From assembly GCA_964106645.2 (NCBI GenBank), contig OZ067038.1: a DNA stretch of 64,000 nt. One strand, given 5' to 3'. Below, one piece after another: positions 1-12,655 of the stretch. Below the pieces are notes generated by a model. That model was not told the origin of the DNA and searched no databases. It worked only from the letters and a program-made list of their open reading frames with translations. The first letter of the stretch is position 1; each line of letters begins with the position of its first letter. Both the position numbers and the translations under genes were made by a program. This DNA is from Podarcis pityusensis. Lineage: Eukaryota.

Positions 1-254
1 AAAAAGCTGTGTCCTCTTATACCTCGCCACCACATCCTGCTTCCCAGCACCTGCTGCCTGAGGCAGCTCCCGCACTTTCCCTAATGGTAGTGCCTGTTGC
101 CATGACTATCCCATTTTCTTCTCGTTTTTTGGTGCATCAGAATATTTGTTTATGTGACAGTGTGAAAGAAATATAAAGAAATGATAGGACTAATTTGAAT
201 TGTTCTTTGTAAGATGCTTCCAGGATAACTAAGAATATATTCCCAAACTGATGA

Positions 255-290
<36 letters not shown>
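255..290. repeat. (TAT)n microsatellite
   Basis: About 12 tandem TAT units. Confidence 0.95.
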
Positions 291-292
<2 letters not shown>

Positions 293-533
293 TTTTAATT
301 AAATTTTCTGTTTTACAATTTCAAATAAACATTTTACATACTTAAGATATCAATGACCTCCCTTTCCATGCTTCATTTTGCATATCTTATATCCCTGCAT
401 ATTTTACAAAAACTATACCAATCGGTTTTCCATTATTGCATCCATCAAAACTTATTTACCCTGTTGAATTTATCTTAATGCGTTTTCAGCAGTACACAGT
501 TATTTTCCATATATTCAATAAACCTTTTCCAAT
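291..533 (-). mobile_element. L1 3' fragment (ORF2 C-terminus and 3'UTR)
   Basis: Minus strand reads WKRFIEYMENNC, resembling the ORF2 ends DWKKFKYYLQKYC and DWKKYMNY..SNC of the L1s at 30-34 kb, followed by an A-rich UTR. Confidence 0.7.
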
Positions 534-3263
534 TATTATATCTTTTGTGGTTCTTAAGGCTTGCATCTGATAACCAATATTGAGTATTAGTTAATAACGG
601 CTTAAAAATATAAATTAATATAGGCAGTCAATGTGTCCAAATAGGAATCTAAAGGAGATGGACGATTAAACGTATATGTTCAAATGTAGAAAGGGCAGTG
701 AGGATGTCAGAGACTGAGAAGTAGCTGTGAATGTTTATTCTTTCAGGCTCACAATATAAATCTCCTTGCAAACATGAGAGATCTCAGGATCCACTTTCAT
801 TGTCCATCTCTTCATCCCCCCTACCACAGGAACATAATTTTAAGAGTATAATACTGTGTGAACATTCACAAATATCAAGGAGTTTTGGAAAATCAATGTT
901 CAGTTAGTTCAGTGGTAAATTATACAATAAAACCATGAAATTTTCCTAGCAACTATATCATCATCATCATCATCATCCTCATCATCATCAGTATCATCCT
1001 TATTGAGGTGCCTGGGCATTGACAGGTAGTATGGTCTACCTCTGAGAAACAGAAGTCTGATCTGAACATTGCCACAAGAACAGTTTTGTGAACCACAGCA
1101 TTTACAAAATTCTTATTGTAACTATTCTGGCTTCCCTGTCGTTCAGGGGACCAAAAACAATGCGTGGCTTTTAAGGTTCCAAAAGTCAAGTGTTGTAGCT
1201 GTCATTAGAGCTTGTATGCCTAAAAAGTAAAATTATATCCCAGTCAAAACAGCTATTCAGACTGACATCAAAGAGGGGAAAATGTGTTCAGGTCAGGGAG
1301 TTTAATTTCCATAGCTCTCATACTTCGATTTCTCATGAAGTGTACAGTAATGACTCAAATGGCCGTGGGCAATATTGTAATCAGAGCTTATTGTGGATAA
1401 CGTGAAAATGCAGCAGAGGTCTCTCTTTAATAATGATCCTAGCCCAAGATTGTTGAAAGTGACTGGTGGCCTGGGATGCCTTCATTGTTTCCATGTCTGC
1501 TTAAAGCACTTCAAGGTTGGGGTTTAATTTTTATTATTATTAAGAAATTAGGATTTCCAAGATAGAATTTAAAATATGGTAGATTGTTCAACACTTTCTG
1601 AAAATCAAAGCCTTGAAAATTTGGTACCTTGAGTGAATGCATGCTCTGTTCAGGAAATGAGAGCCTCAGGAAGGGGACGATCTTAATTTAAATTTAAGTG
1701 TTAATTTAATATTTAATTTTTCAGGTTCTCTCTCTCTCTCTCTCTCTCTCTCCATATATATTCATTTGTATTTCACACTTTCTCTGAGTGATTCCTGGGT
1801 GGGTGGTGGAAAGAAGTCTGAGGTAAATGAGGCCAAGAGTTTATGACTGGTCCAAAGCCATCCAGTAAGCCAAAAAGAGATTTGATCCCGGGTTTCATAG
1901 CTCTCAAGCAAATAGTTTCTCTGTCTAGAGGGCTGGCCAGTCCAAGTCTAGTTTAAAGATAAAAGAACCACAAGAAGGAACAGGAGGAGCCTTGAAGCTT
2001 CCCATCAACAGTTAGTACCTGGAAAACAAACTGAGCAGGCACACACCTGGTCATGGTCTTTCCCAACTATGGTGAGATGCATAGTATTCATTTCTTTATT
2101 AAAACTTAAATTTAAATATGTGTATATACATATAGATACAAAATAGCTATACTTGTTTTATTTTACAGCATATCTTAATCACATGCATTTATATTTTAAC
2201 GTTTTGATAGCATCACCTTATTATGTATTTTAATTATGGTGTAGTTTTAATTATTCTGTGCAATGTTGTGCAATTGTTGTTGTCTTTTTTTGGGCAAACC
2301 ACTTAGATGTCATCTTGACATTAAGCATATAACTAAATGTATATAAATAAATGATCATATTAATATAAATTAGTACAAGGAAATTCTATTCCAGTCGGTG
2401 TCCTTTTATGCTTTCTTTTGGTGATGTACCACCTCCATTTCTCTATATGAGGAACACTGTATCTGCCAAAATGCTTTCTTTTAGTGCCCTAGTGATGCAA
2501 AAATATGGGGAAAGAAATGATCTTATCAGCAGAACCTGGCAATACCCTATACATAGAGCCGAAGGCATAATTCCTTCCGTTTCTAATCATGGATATTTCT
2601 TCCAAAGTTACCTGCAAAGGATGCTCTATGCTTTATGAGCCCAATGGACCTGTGTTCTCTCATACAGCTAATGTGTGGCTGGGAAGAGCATTTGACAAGT
2701 ATAATCAGAGAGAGCAGAGGTGGGAAGCTTAAACTTTCACATGCCTGCTAATCCTCCCCTACGAGTCCCTTCTACCAGACCTTTATTTCTTTCCCTACTT
2801 TAAACTCTTTTATCCCAGACAGGATCCCTGAGTGGAAAAAGCCATTATGGCAGAGAAAAGAATTTCTGTGGCTGAACCATTACACAAACAGTACCAGCGG
2901 TAAAAGCAAAAGCATTATAGATCTTATATTATATTGTATGAATGATCACACATAATAATAAACGATACATAACGATCATTTAACGGCTATGGTAATTTAT
3001 GTAAGTGGCAGAAAGTGGATCTGATGCATGAACCGATCATGATTCCAGTTAATGGGGAGTTAGAAGTTGAAGTCATGCTGAGATCTGTCCTCTTCTGGAC
3101 AGATAGTATATTTGCCTGAAAACTACATGCAAAATTCATCCCTCAGATCTGTTGGTGGAGGGTGCACAGGGGAGGAGAGGCAGTGCCAATGTGTAAACTG
3201 AAGACCTTGTGCTGACAGGACAACTTTGTTGGATCCAACCCTTGGTGTAGTGTAGCAGGGTGA

Positions 3264-3965
3264 TGTTGTTGTGTATTGTTAAGAATTCGGGCAAGACGGA
3301 GTAGGCTGTGTGCTGATACCCTTCTAATCCTTGGCTCTAGCAAGTGTTAAAATATAAGCAAGGATTCAAATTCCCAGAATTCCTGGTGAGGTGATAGTCT
3401 AGGTCAGGCATAGGCAACCTTCGGCCCTCCAGATGTTTTGGCCTACAACTCCCATGTTCCCCAGCTAACAGGACCAGTGGTCAGGGATGATGGGAATTGT
3501 AGTCCAAAACATCTGGAGGGAGGGCTGAAGGTTGCCTATACCTGGTCTAGGTAACAAGCCATTAAGGGGAACAAAGGAAGTGGATCTGTGCCAGATGACA
3601 AATGGGTGGGCTGGGTGAGCTGGGGGTGGGGAGCCCTCCTTCAAGTGGCTGCTAGTTAGAAAGACAAAGGTGAGAGTTGAAAGATGTGAGCTAGGAGCAG
3701 GAAGCAATAGGCTGGGAAGCCAGAGAGTCAGAACGATGTTTGAATCCAAGGCTGTGGCTATGGGGGAAGCAAGGCCCTCTTGGAGTGTTCCTGCTGTGAG
3801 CCCCTCCATCACAGGCTCAGGTTATGTATATGTGCCAATAAACCATATATCATAATGATACCACAGTCTCCTTTGTACCTCATTCCAAAGGAAACACAAA
3901 CCCTGGGTAAGAGCCTGGAACCCCTGGAATCTCGCACCCCTCAGAGATAGGCGTGGCGTGCAACA
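3264..3965 (+). mobile_element. Solo LTR interrupted by a hAT MITE
   Basis: TGTTG...CAACA termini and AATAAA near 3837. The 3' ~150 bp resemble 51020-51173. Confidence 0.6.
3405..3544. mobile_element. hAT-type MITE
   Basis: TIRs CAGGCATAGGCAACCTT / AAGGTTGCCTATACCTG with perfect 8-bp TSD GTCTAGGT (3397-3404, 3545-3552). Confidence 0.92.
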
Positions 3966-5998
3966 GTGTTTTTAAAGTGATTTTGCCCTTAAGCAATGCA
4001 GTGGGGAACTAAAGGAGGAGAAAGGAAGCTTTTGGAAAGGTCACAAAGTAGTGTAGCCATGGAGGAGTGGACAGCATTGCATCTCACTCCTGTGGTACTT
4101 CTGGTAGACCTACCAAACTGACTAGGATAGAGAAAACTGCCCCAGACAGAGTGATCCCAGCCCAGCAAGGTTACAAGTCATTAGTAACTGAACTCTTGAC
4201 ATTCCTGTTACAAAAGAATTCATGCCTTGGATTGTTTCTAATGCTGTTGGGAAAACAGCCTTTATCTCCAGTTGAGCGCTGGGTGGTTGCTTATGCGAAG
4301 ATGTGTACGAACAGCTGGCTAGCCCCTTAGCTAGTGTAAATCATTGAGGATTTCCAAAAGGCAGTTTAAATGCTGAAGCTCTCCACCAACAGACACAGCA
4401 AATAATGGCTCTGACGTCAAGCTGCCAAAAAATGTAGGAGTTCCAGTCTGGGGGCCAAACTCGACATGATGGGACAGCCATCTGCATGTGTCTGCTCCAC
4501 TGACATATAAAGTGGGAATTGGAAAGAAGGGTGGGGTGGGGAAAACCGATTATTTACATGAAAAGGAGCATCCACGAGGAGGAGAAGCTTCCTTGCTTTA
4601 AGCCGTTTCTCCCAACCTGGCTCTGATACTGGAAGCGAGCCAGTCTGGGAGAAGGTTTCCAAAAGCAGTGGAGCACAGTGAGGTAAGACGTGACAGAGAA
4701 ATGGGTTTTATGGCCTGCGCCTTACATGCTCCTTTTCATGTAAAGAACAGACCCTCTTCCTCGCTGTATAAGTTAATGAGCAGCTATATGCAGAGAACAC
4801 TTGTGGCTGCTTCTTACATCTGCTTCTCTTACAACTTACAACACAATCCTAATTATGTTGATACAGAAGTAAGGCCTACTGAATTCAATGGGGCTTATGC
4901 CCAGTTAAGTGGGGTTAGGATTTGCAGTCTCATTTGACCAATGTACCCAAGGGACATAAATTACAGGGTGGACAGAGTCTAACAAGAATATCCCCAAGAA
5001 TCCCCACTGGTCCCAGGAACTGGTCCTTTGGGTTGCTTGAGTATGAAAGCCAGAGAAGCGTGTCCAGGTCTGGCTCAAGACATTTTGCTGCCTGAGGCAA
5101 AGGATAAGTTGGCACCCACACACCTGATTCAGAAGCCAACTAGGCTGGTGGTTGAGTCTTACATCAACGCTGGCAATGGGAGAGCATGCTTGAGGCCAGC
5201 AGCCCAGTATCTGCCATGAGAGGTGGCTGCTACAGTCTGTCAAATAGTAGGGCTGGCCCTGGGTGAGCCAAGCGGCCAGTAAATGTTGCTTATCCCATGC
5301 CCAGCTCATGTCATTCTTTACTCCTTCATTAGTAGGCTTATCTTCCCCAGCAATTTTAAAAGTTATAGTTATCCCTTCTCCCCCTGTTTGCATCCTGCCC
5401 TTCTGCCTAATCAGATACGTATAGAGAAACTGGACCGGTACTTGCTTGTAGGCTACCTGTTTATTGAGCATTCACCCTGATTCATTTACATAAAGTTTCT
5501 GGGGAAGTTAGACAATGTTGGCTGTTTATTTGCAGGGAGGTTATATGATGATGTGTCAAACAATTGCTATCCCACACTTTCCATTGCATTCCTCCCCTGT
5601 TTCCTTATTGAAAAAAGTCCATTTTTTGGTGGGGGGGGAAGCAGATTTGTTGCACAAGAGCATCAAATCAACATTGCCCATCCTAAATTTGCCTGTGTGT
5701 GATCGAATCCCACCTGATGAAACTAGAGTCCTGAATTCTGTTATAAACCAATTGTACTGTTATCCTCTGCTGTAAAGGTCCCATTCTCTTGTTTTCTAAT
5801 CAGAAGACCCTTTAAAAGGTGCTTTTAAAATAGCAAGCAAATGGAAGTAGACAGTAAAAGGAACCACAGGAGCAGCTGTTTGGAATCTGGAAATCAGGAC
5901 AATGTGCTGCAAAACACTCTGCTCTCTGTTTTAGACATCTATTACTATAACAATAGGAGTTGTAAGGATTTAGTTTGACTTCTGCTTTTTTGTCGCAG

Positions 5999-6176
5999 GC
6001 TGTCCGCTTTAACCATGGCTATAAGCAGATCCGCTGCATTTATTGGTAAGCTAAAGTGCTGTCTATCATACTATGTATTATTTATAGCCCTTATTCATTC
6101 ATTAAATCTTTGTTTTCAACAAACGTGTTTTATTTCAGAGCCGCGTGGTTATTATCCCTCGAGAGGACTGAAATGA
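5999..6176 (+). other. Candidate two-exon segment (5999-6045, then 6139 onward) with a 22-aa micro-ORF
   Basis: Polypyrimidine acceptor ...cttttttgtcgcAG, donor TG|GTAAGC, 93-nt intron ending gtgttttatttcAG, and Kozak ACCATGG at 6012-6018. Confidence 0.4.
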
Positions 6177-6729
6177 ATGAAATGCCAGCCAGCAGGTGGA
6201 GATGCATGAAAGCATTCTTAATCATGGACATGCTGCTTGATCGCTAATTCCCATTGCTCTACACAAGGACTAGAGCACCGGTCAGAGAAATTTTGCTTTG
6301 TGACTCTTCGGGAAGTTCAAACTTTGGATGACTGATAGCAATCGTGTGGCGGAGCATACCCTCCCCCTATGCCACTGCCACTGAGCCATCTAGCATCAAC
6401 TATCTTGTTGGGAAGGATTTCAGGAGGGAGAGGATGGGGCTGATCCACCATGCTAGTTTCCTGGCAGGTGAGTCACTCTTGGTTACTGGGAGGAACATGG
6501 GGAGAGGTGAGGCAGCAGGGAGGTTAGTGCAGTGCAAACACACCAGCAGAGCAAATCCCACACTCCTGCCATTGTGTTTGTACCATGCTGGCATCTCCCT
6601 CCCAGGAAGCAACAATGACTCAGCTGCCAGGAAGCTAGCTTTGTGGCTCTGCCTCACCTGGTGAGCTGCTTCTGTTTTGCGTCCTGCTCCCTTGAGCTGG
6701 ACACAGCAGCATGAACACAAAATGCCGCT

Positions 6730-7300
6730 TAAAACCAACAGCAGCATAATAAAACAGGTAAAAGCATATAAAAGCAAATAAAAAACCAGGGGTCTGATTG
6801 TATGGTTCAGGTAAATCCTGGTCAAGCAGGTAAGTCTTTACAAGACATTTGAGCTTAACTGATGGTTGCTGCTTCACATATGGCAGAGGGGAGGGCATTC
6901 CATTGCATTGGTGAAACAGCAGCAAATGTCCACTTTTGAGTCACCACCCTATGGTATTCTATAGAGCGCAGTGTCACCAGCAGAATTTCCCCACATGATG
7001 ATTGCAGTAATTCTACAGATCTGTACTGTGGCAGGAGGTCTTTCAGGTAACCTGGGTCTGAGTTATTCAGGGCTTTAAATGTTAACAACAAGACCTTGAA
7101 CGTGGTCCAGCGTCTGAGAGGCACAGTGCAGTTCCCTCCACATAGCACATAGGTGCTATATATGTGCACTCAGGTATTCTACTCAACAACCTGGGCACAG
7201 CTTTCTGCATCAGCTGCAACTTCTGGAACAAGGAAAGGCCTATGTAGAGCACATTACAGAAGTCCAATCACAAAGTTACCAATATATGAATCACAGTGAT
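6730..7300 (-). mobile_element. L2 LINE fragment (degenerate)
   Basis: Minus-strand translations DFCNVLYIGL...QKLQLMQ and FKVLLLTFKALNNSDPGYLKDLL are typical L2 C-terminal motifs. Confidence 0.85.
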
Positions 7301-7935
7301 TTTTTTGAATTTTTCTGACTAACCCCCCCCCCCCCAATTATTCACTCAATTTACTTTTTGTCATCCCTGGAGAGCCTGTGGTCATCCATATGTTGTTGGA
7401 CTACAACTCCCATCATCCCTCAGCATTAGCCATGCTGGCTTGGGCTGATGGTTATTGAAGTCCAACCAGGTATCTCATCTCTGATTGAAACCTAATGACT
7501 TTTGTTGGTGAACTCTGCATTTCCCCTTATGTCTATTTATTCCTGAGAAGCTGGGGTTAAACATGCCTTCCAGGAGACAAAGCATGCATAATATAAAACT
7601 CCTGAAAACATAAACATACTGTAAAAAAAACACCTTAATCATAGTCTGTTTCCAGATGTGCACATTTGCATTCCAGTCAATCCTTTTTCTTTGAATGTTT
7701 GCCGAGCTATTGAAAGGACATTCTTCAAAATGCATGTTATGAAGGCACATAGAGGATTCATAAGACATCCATCAACTTCTTAATGGATTATGAGGTAGAA
7801 TAGTTAAATGTAAGGGATGACTCATAAACAGCACTCTGAAAGAAAGAAAAATACCAGATAGAAAGCAAGTCCCATTAAATGCACTGAGACTATTACTTCT
7901 GAGTAAACATGCTTTACGGATTGCACAGTTAGAAT

Positions 7936-8016
7936 GTTGAGATTCCTGCATTGCAGGGGGTTGGACTTGATGTCCTTAGGGGTCCCTTCCAACTCTACAA
8001 TTCTATGATTCTATGA
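7936..8016 (+). mobile_element. CR1 3' end (or tail of a CR1-derived SINE)
   Basis: GGGGGTTGGAC...CCCTTCCAACTCTACAATTCTATGATTCTATGA, the CR1 octamer-repeat tail. Confidence 0.88.
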
Positions 8017-9784
8017 ATGTTGTAGTATACCGGAGTCCGCCTCTTCGAATCTACACATTACTCTTGAGATGCTTTCTTAAATTATGAATGTATTATTTCA
8101 TAGAGGAATATATTTCACTCCAGTGTTGCAAAACTGTAGGGATGATTCAGACATCCCTGTCATGTGTTAAAAGAATGGTCAAGGGACTTATGGACTTCCT
8201 CTGGGGACTGCATGTTTGGTGAGTGTGAGGAGGGACCTCATGTGATACTGATGTAAATACATAGACAGGGTCTACATGCATTTGCCCCTTACTCATGCTT
8301 GCTGAATGTATGACACTGGAGAGCATGATCAGCAGGAGGGATGTGGCTAGCAAGTGCCCCAAGAAAAAGTATGATGGGTATCACTATGCAGTGCTGTTTA
8401 TCCTACTGAACACTCAGCTCCTTTCCCAGTTAATCTGATATGTTGTGATTTAAGTCAGTTTAGCCTCCTTGATTTCAAAGGGAACTAATAGTGTCATTGG
8501 AATACTTCTGCTTAAGAGTGTTGGATGGATATATTATATATTATATGCTTTTACAGGCCCACTCCTCTGTAATTTAGCAGGTTTATCTATTATGGTAGTG
8601 CTAGTGTGCCTGCAAATTCCATCCATTTCTGTGAACAGGAGAAAATGTCACAGTTGCTTTTTGATTTTCCCAACAGTAAATAGGGAATTGTTCCCTAAGA
8701 CAAACTGAGCGCCCTCCAGATTAGTCCGAGCTGAATCAGGCTGTTTTATGATGTACTGATTTGGGATCTGAACGAAATCTTGTGTTTTGTGTACATCCCT
8801 AATTGTAATAATAAAATTATTGTAATAATACAGTAATCCCAATGGGAGCACACTCACAAACTCAGATATATGCACAACCCAGCAGCCCTTAATCCTGTGG
8901 CTGATAGATGGCTATAGCATGCTTCCCTTGTTCCTTGCAGGCCCCAGAGAACTGGCATATGGAAAACAGTGTTCTTCCTGGCAGGGAGGGTTGGTGGAAG
9001 AAAGCTCACTGTAGCTGCTCCTTCTTTAGCCATAGGTGATGCCAGGTTGGACTTGTTAAGATATTTTTCCGAGAAGACTTGGTGTGGGACCTTCCATTGA
9101 GTCTTGATCCCCTGGCCCATGTTAGAGGCTTTCCTTCTTCTCTGCAGTCCAAGGGCAACCAAACGGAACATGAAACAAACAATCCCATTATCATTTTCTT
9201 CCAAATTGCACGTTAACAGGTCTCAGACAAACCAGGATCTTAAACAAAATCACTTTCATCTTTCTTTTTTTCAACCCCTTAACTGAATATTAAATCAGAT
9301 TGCTAGACAAATCTTTTCTCTCCGTATCATTGCACCTTTAACTTTGTGGAAATAGTATTAGAGTACCTTGTTCTGAAGTGGGAGAGAAAGAAATCAAGAT
9401 GCTTTTATCATTGGTTTGCCCTGCAGACTAGAACTGATTTACACAGGGGACTGCCCAATGATAAGGGTAAACTACTGCCCTCCTGCTTCAACCTCTTCCT
9501 CACACAGGTTGGGGCAGAAATGTTCCACCCAGGAGCTACTGCCAAAGCCTACCTTGAGGACTTTGCTTCATATCACCTTACTTTGGCTCTCCTTGAGAGA
9601 TTTTAAGCTTTTATCTTGGATGACTCATGTGCTTGGTGGTGTGTGCTTTGATCTGCTCACTTGTTCCTGAATTGTAGTGATTACAGACTTGGTTTCGAGG
9701 GTTTTGTTTTTCAGTAAGATATACTTCTGTGGAGTTCAGGATTAAAAAAAAAAAAGCAATGGCAGAGCACTTCCTATGTATACA

Positions 9785-9893
9785 AAGGTCTCAGCAGGTC
9801 TCTGCCTGAAACCCAGAGAGCTGTTGTGAGTCGGTGTGGACAGCACTGAATGTGATGGACCAATGGCCTGACTCAGTATAAGAAAGCTTCCTA
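9785..9893 (+). mobile_element. Squamate tRNA-SINE 3' fragment (related copies at ~19686-19760 and ~21330-21510)
   Basis: CTGAAACC...GATGGACCAATGGCCTGACTCAGTATAAG...CTTCCTA body is shared with 21415-21505. The copy at 19686 has the head GGCCATAGCTCAGT. Confidence 0.7.
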
Positions 9894-10169
9894 CGGTCTT
9901 TATTCTTTCTTTTGTCATCCGTACCAAGTTCTCGGGGAAGATGAAACCATCTTGTCTGATGGACATTTATGGATGATTTTGAACAACAAGACCAACTCCT
10001 CATTGCCAGAAAGGCTCAACATTTAACCTCATTGTATCATTTTTGTAAAAGTACACCTCCATGGGATTCCCTCCCCTATGCTTATTCAGTATGTTTAATT
10101 CTTATGCTCCTTCCCCATCTCTACACAGCAGAAGAGACCCACAGCAAGGTACAGCACTGTCTATGCAAC

Positions 10170-10540
10170 TGACTTTTCAATGATGGCACCCTGTTTGTGG
10201 AATGCTCTCCCTGGAGCGGCATGCTTGGTGCCATCATTATCTATATTTCGGAACCAGGCAAAACTGTTTCTTTTTTACTCAGGCTTTTGTCCCTTAATTT
10301 GGAGGGCATTGCATACATCTGTGGCTTCTTCAATGCTTTTTATTTTATTTTTTGGGTCAGGTGGGTTTTGTTAGACTTGCCTTATTATATACATTAAAGA
10401 TGTGTTTTTAGGTTTTTATTTTGACCTGGTTTTCTTAGTTGGTTTAAATGTTCGTATTATTTCGTCCTTTTCGTAAAAAAAAAGTAGGCGACTAATAAAT
10501 GCCATAAAACAAGCAAACAAACAAACAAACAAACAAACAA
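10170..10540 (+). mobile_element. L2 3' fragment with (AAAC)n tail
   Basis: APCLWNALP motif, T-rich UTR and AAAC repeats. Confidence 0.7.
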
Positions 10541-12550
10541 GCTTGTCATGTTAGTCCAAGGCTTCCTTCTTTGGGGGAATTTTCTGTTAAACTTTTAGTA
10601 TTGGAATAAATCACTGACTTGGGAAGAACAGAAATAGCCCTGCAGATGACGCTTAACAACAATGGTGGTCCCACCCCCTGTCCCCTTGATGGAAATGACC
10701 TTATATGCATACTGTACATTTCTATTGCCGTATCTCCTGTTGAATTCTTCATTGCAAAATGCTACACTGGAAGTAGCCTTGACCTAAATATTTATTTCCT
10801 CCATGGATGCTGATCACCGTATAAGCTGAAAGTGAAGCATTTCCAGCAAGCTTCTTCCTCCTTGCTAACCTTTGCACAGATTCTCTTCATCTGCCTTGCC
10901 TTAACTTTAAAACCTTCTAGAAAGGGGGGGGGGGGCTGTGTTTCAAAGTTCTTGGGAGATTGTGATCACATGATTGTCCATCCATCCTACCTGTGTACTA
11001 ATGACAGCCTTTGAGTCCCTCCTGTAAACTTTTCTTCCCACAAATAAGAGGCGGTGGTCTAGGAAGGGCTTATTCCCATCATTATTTCATATGTTTTTGG
11101 TCTTAAAAAATAAAGTTTATATAATGGGAATACAATATAATTAGACACATGGGAGTTCTGGTTTGGAAGTGGTTCAGCAGAATTCTATGATAAAACAAGT
11201 CCCTGACCACAAAAAACTACATGCAGTGATTTGACAGTCTAACGTATACAATCACTTATGCTAAATGAAAGGCAATGTCACCATGTTAAAAGCTGTATAC
11301 GGAAAGCCCTTATGTTATTTGCTGGCTAACAGGCCCAAAAGCTGTAAATCTAACCCAAAGTCAGTGTTAAATAAACTTTGAACAGGCTTTTCCAAAAGGT
11401 GCCCAGGGTGGTCATGTTTATAAAGCAACATGTCTGCAAAGGAAAGGATTATAAAAGGATTATTTGAGAATGGCATCATTTCAGCCCTGCTGTGTTGTAT
11501 GCAGCCAGTATGCTTTGTACCTTTCTTCCCCCATGAATTACTTTCTGAATTACTTTCTAGAAAGATCAAATCCGTAAAGGTTGCTGTACTTAAAAGAACC
11601 ATCCTATTATACTGGAAAGCAGGGCTTAAATACTCTAAAAGCTGCAGGGCTTGTACATGGGGTTTTCTGTACAACCACCAGCAGCTGAACTGAGGTTTGG
11701 AAAAACACAATGCTGCCATCCTTGGATCACGTATTTGGCTTGTGCAAATCGGAATTATCTTGTTGACTTCAGTCAAGCATCAGCCATTTTTATCAGCTGA
11801 ACACCTGATTTCGAGCTCTGATATTCGAGCAATTATAAATGCATGTGACTTGAGGAAGTGACCTGTCAAAGGCATTTTGGAACGGGAAACCCAAAGTGAT
11901 GCATCTGCCACTGGAGCAGAAGGAGCCTCCCTTTAAAAAAAAAAGAAACAACTTTGTAGACATGCCAACCTTCCCACATTATACGTTATTTGTGAGCAAG
12001 AAGAGGGTGTATTATTCTGAGATATGCATCAGCTGCCCAAAGAGTATTTATTTAGATTTTATTGGAAAGTTGTGTCAAAAGAAAAGCTAATCTCCACATT
12101 TCATACCTGTATTAGCACCATTTCATGTGCGCTTCAAAGGCAAGGGATGATTCTGTTCAGCACATGAGATTATAGGTTAGGAAAGGCCAAATATAACTTT
12201 AGGGGTGCTTTTGGGCTACAATCCTATATACCCTTATCTGCAAGTCAGTCCCATTCAACTCAGTACAACTTATTTCTGGCTAGAGATGTTAACACTCTGG
12301 GAGTGTTTCAGTACAGATTAGTTGGATTCAATTTAGGGAGAATAATCTTTTTAAATGATGTAAATATTAATTATTGCTGTTTAAGGCATGCCAGCAAGCT
12401 TCTACATACCCCTTTTATTTCTCATAATCATTTAAACTAGGGTGGAAAACTAAGACTTGTTAAATTGTGCACTACTTCCTTGATGTACTTTTCCCGCTTT
12501 GTTTTCCTGCTGTTGTTTTGCTATTTTTATTGCTGTTAACCACCTTGGGC

Positions 12551-12551
<1 letters not shown>

Positions 12552-12596
<45 letters not shown>

Positions 12597-12655
12597 TTTA
12601 TACCCCAGCCACTCTGGGTGGCTCCTAACAGAATATTAAAAACACAATAAAACAT
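12552..12655 (-). repeat. (AAT)n microsatellite plus L2 3' terminus
   Basis: About 14 AAT units, then TTTATACCCC...CACTCTGGG, the reverse complement of the L2 ends at 28.9 and 56.4 kb. Confidence 0.75.

Noticed and set aside
2935-3030. Possible C/D-box snoRNA (ATGATCA...CTGA)
   Set aside because: The C box is imperfect, the terminal stem is short, and I see no rRNA/snRNA guide complementarity.
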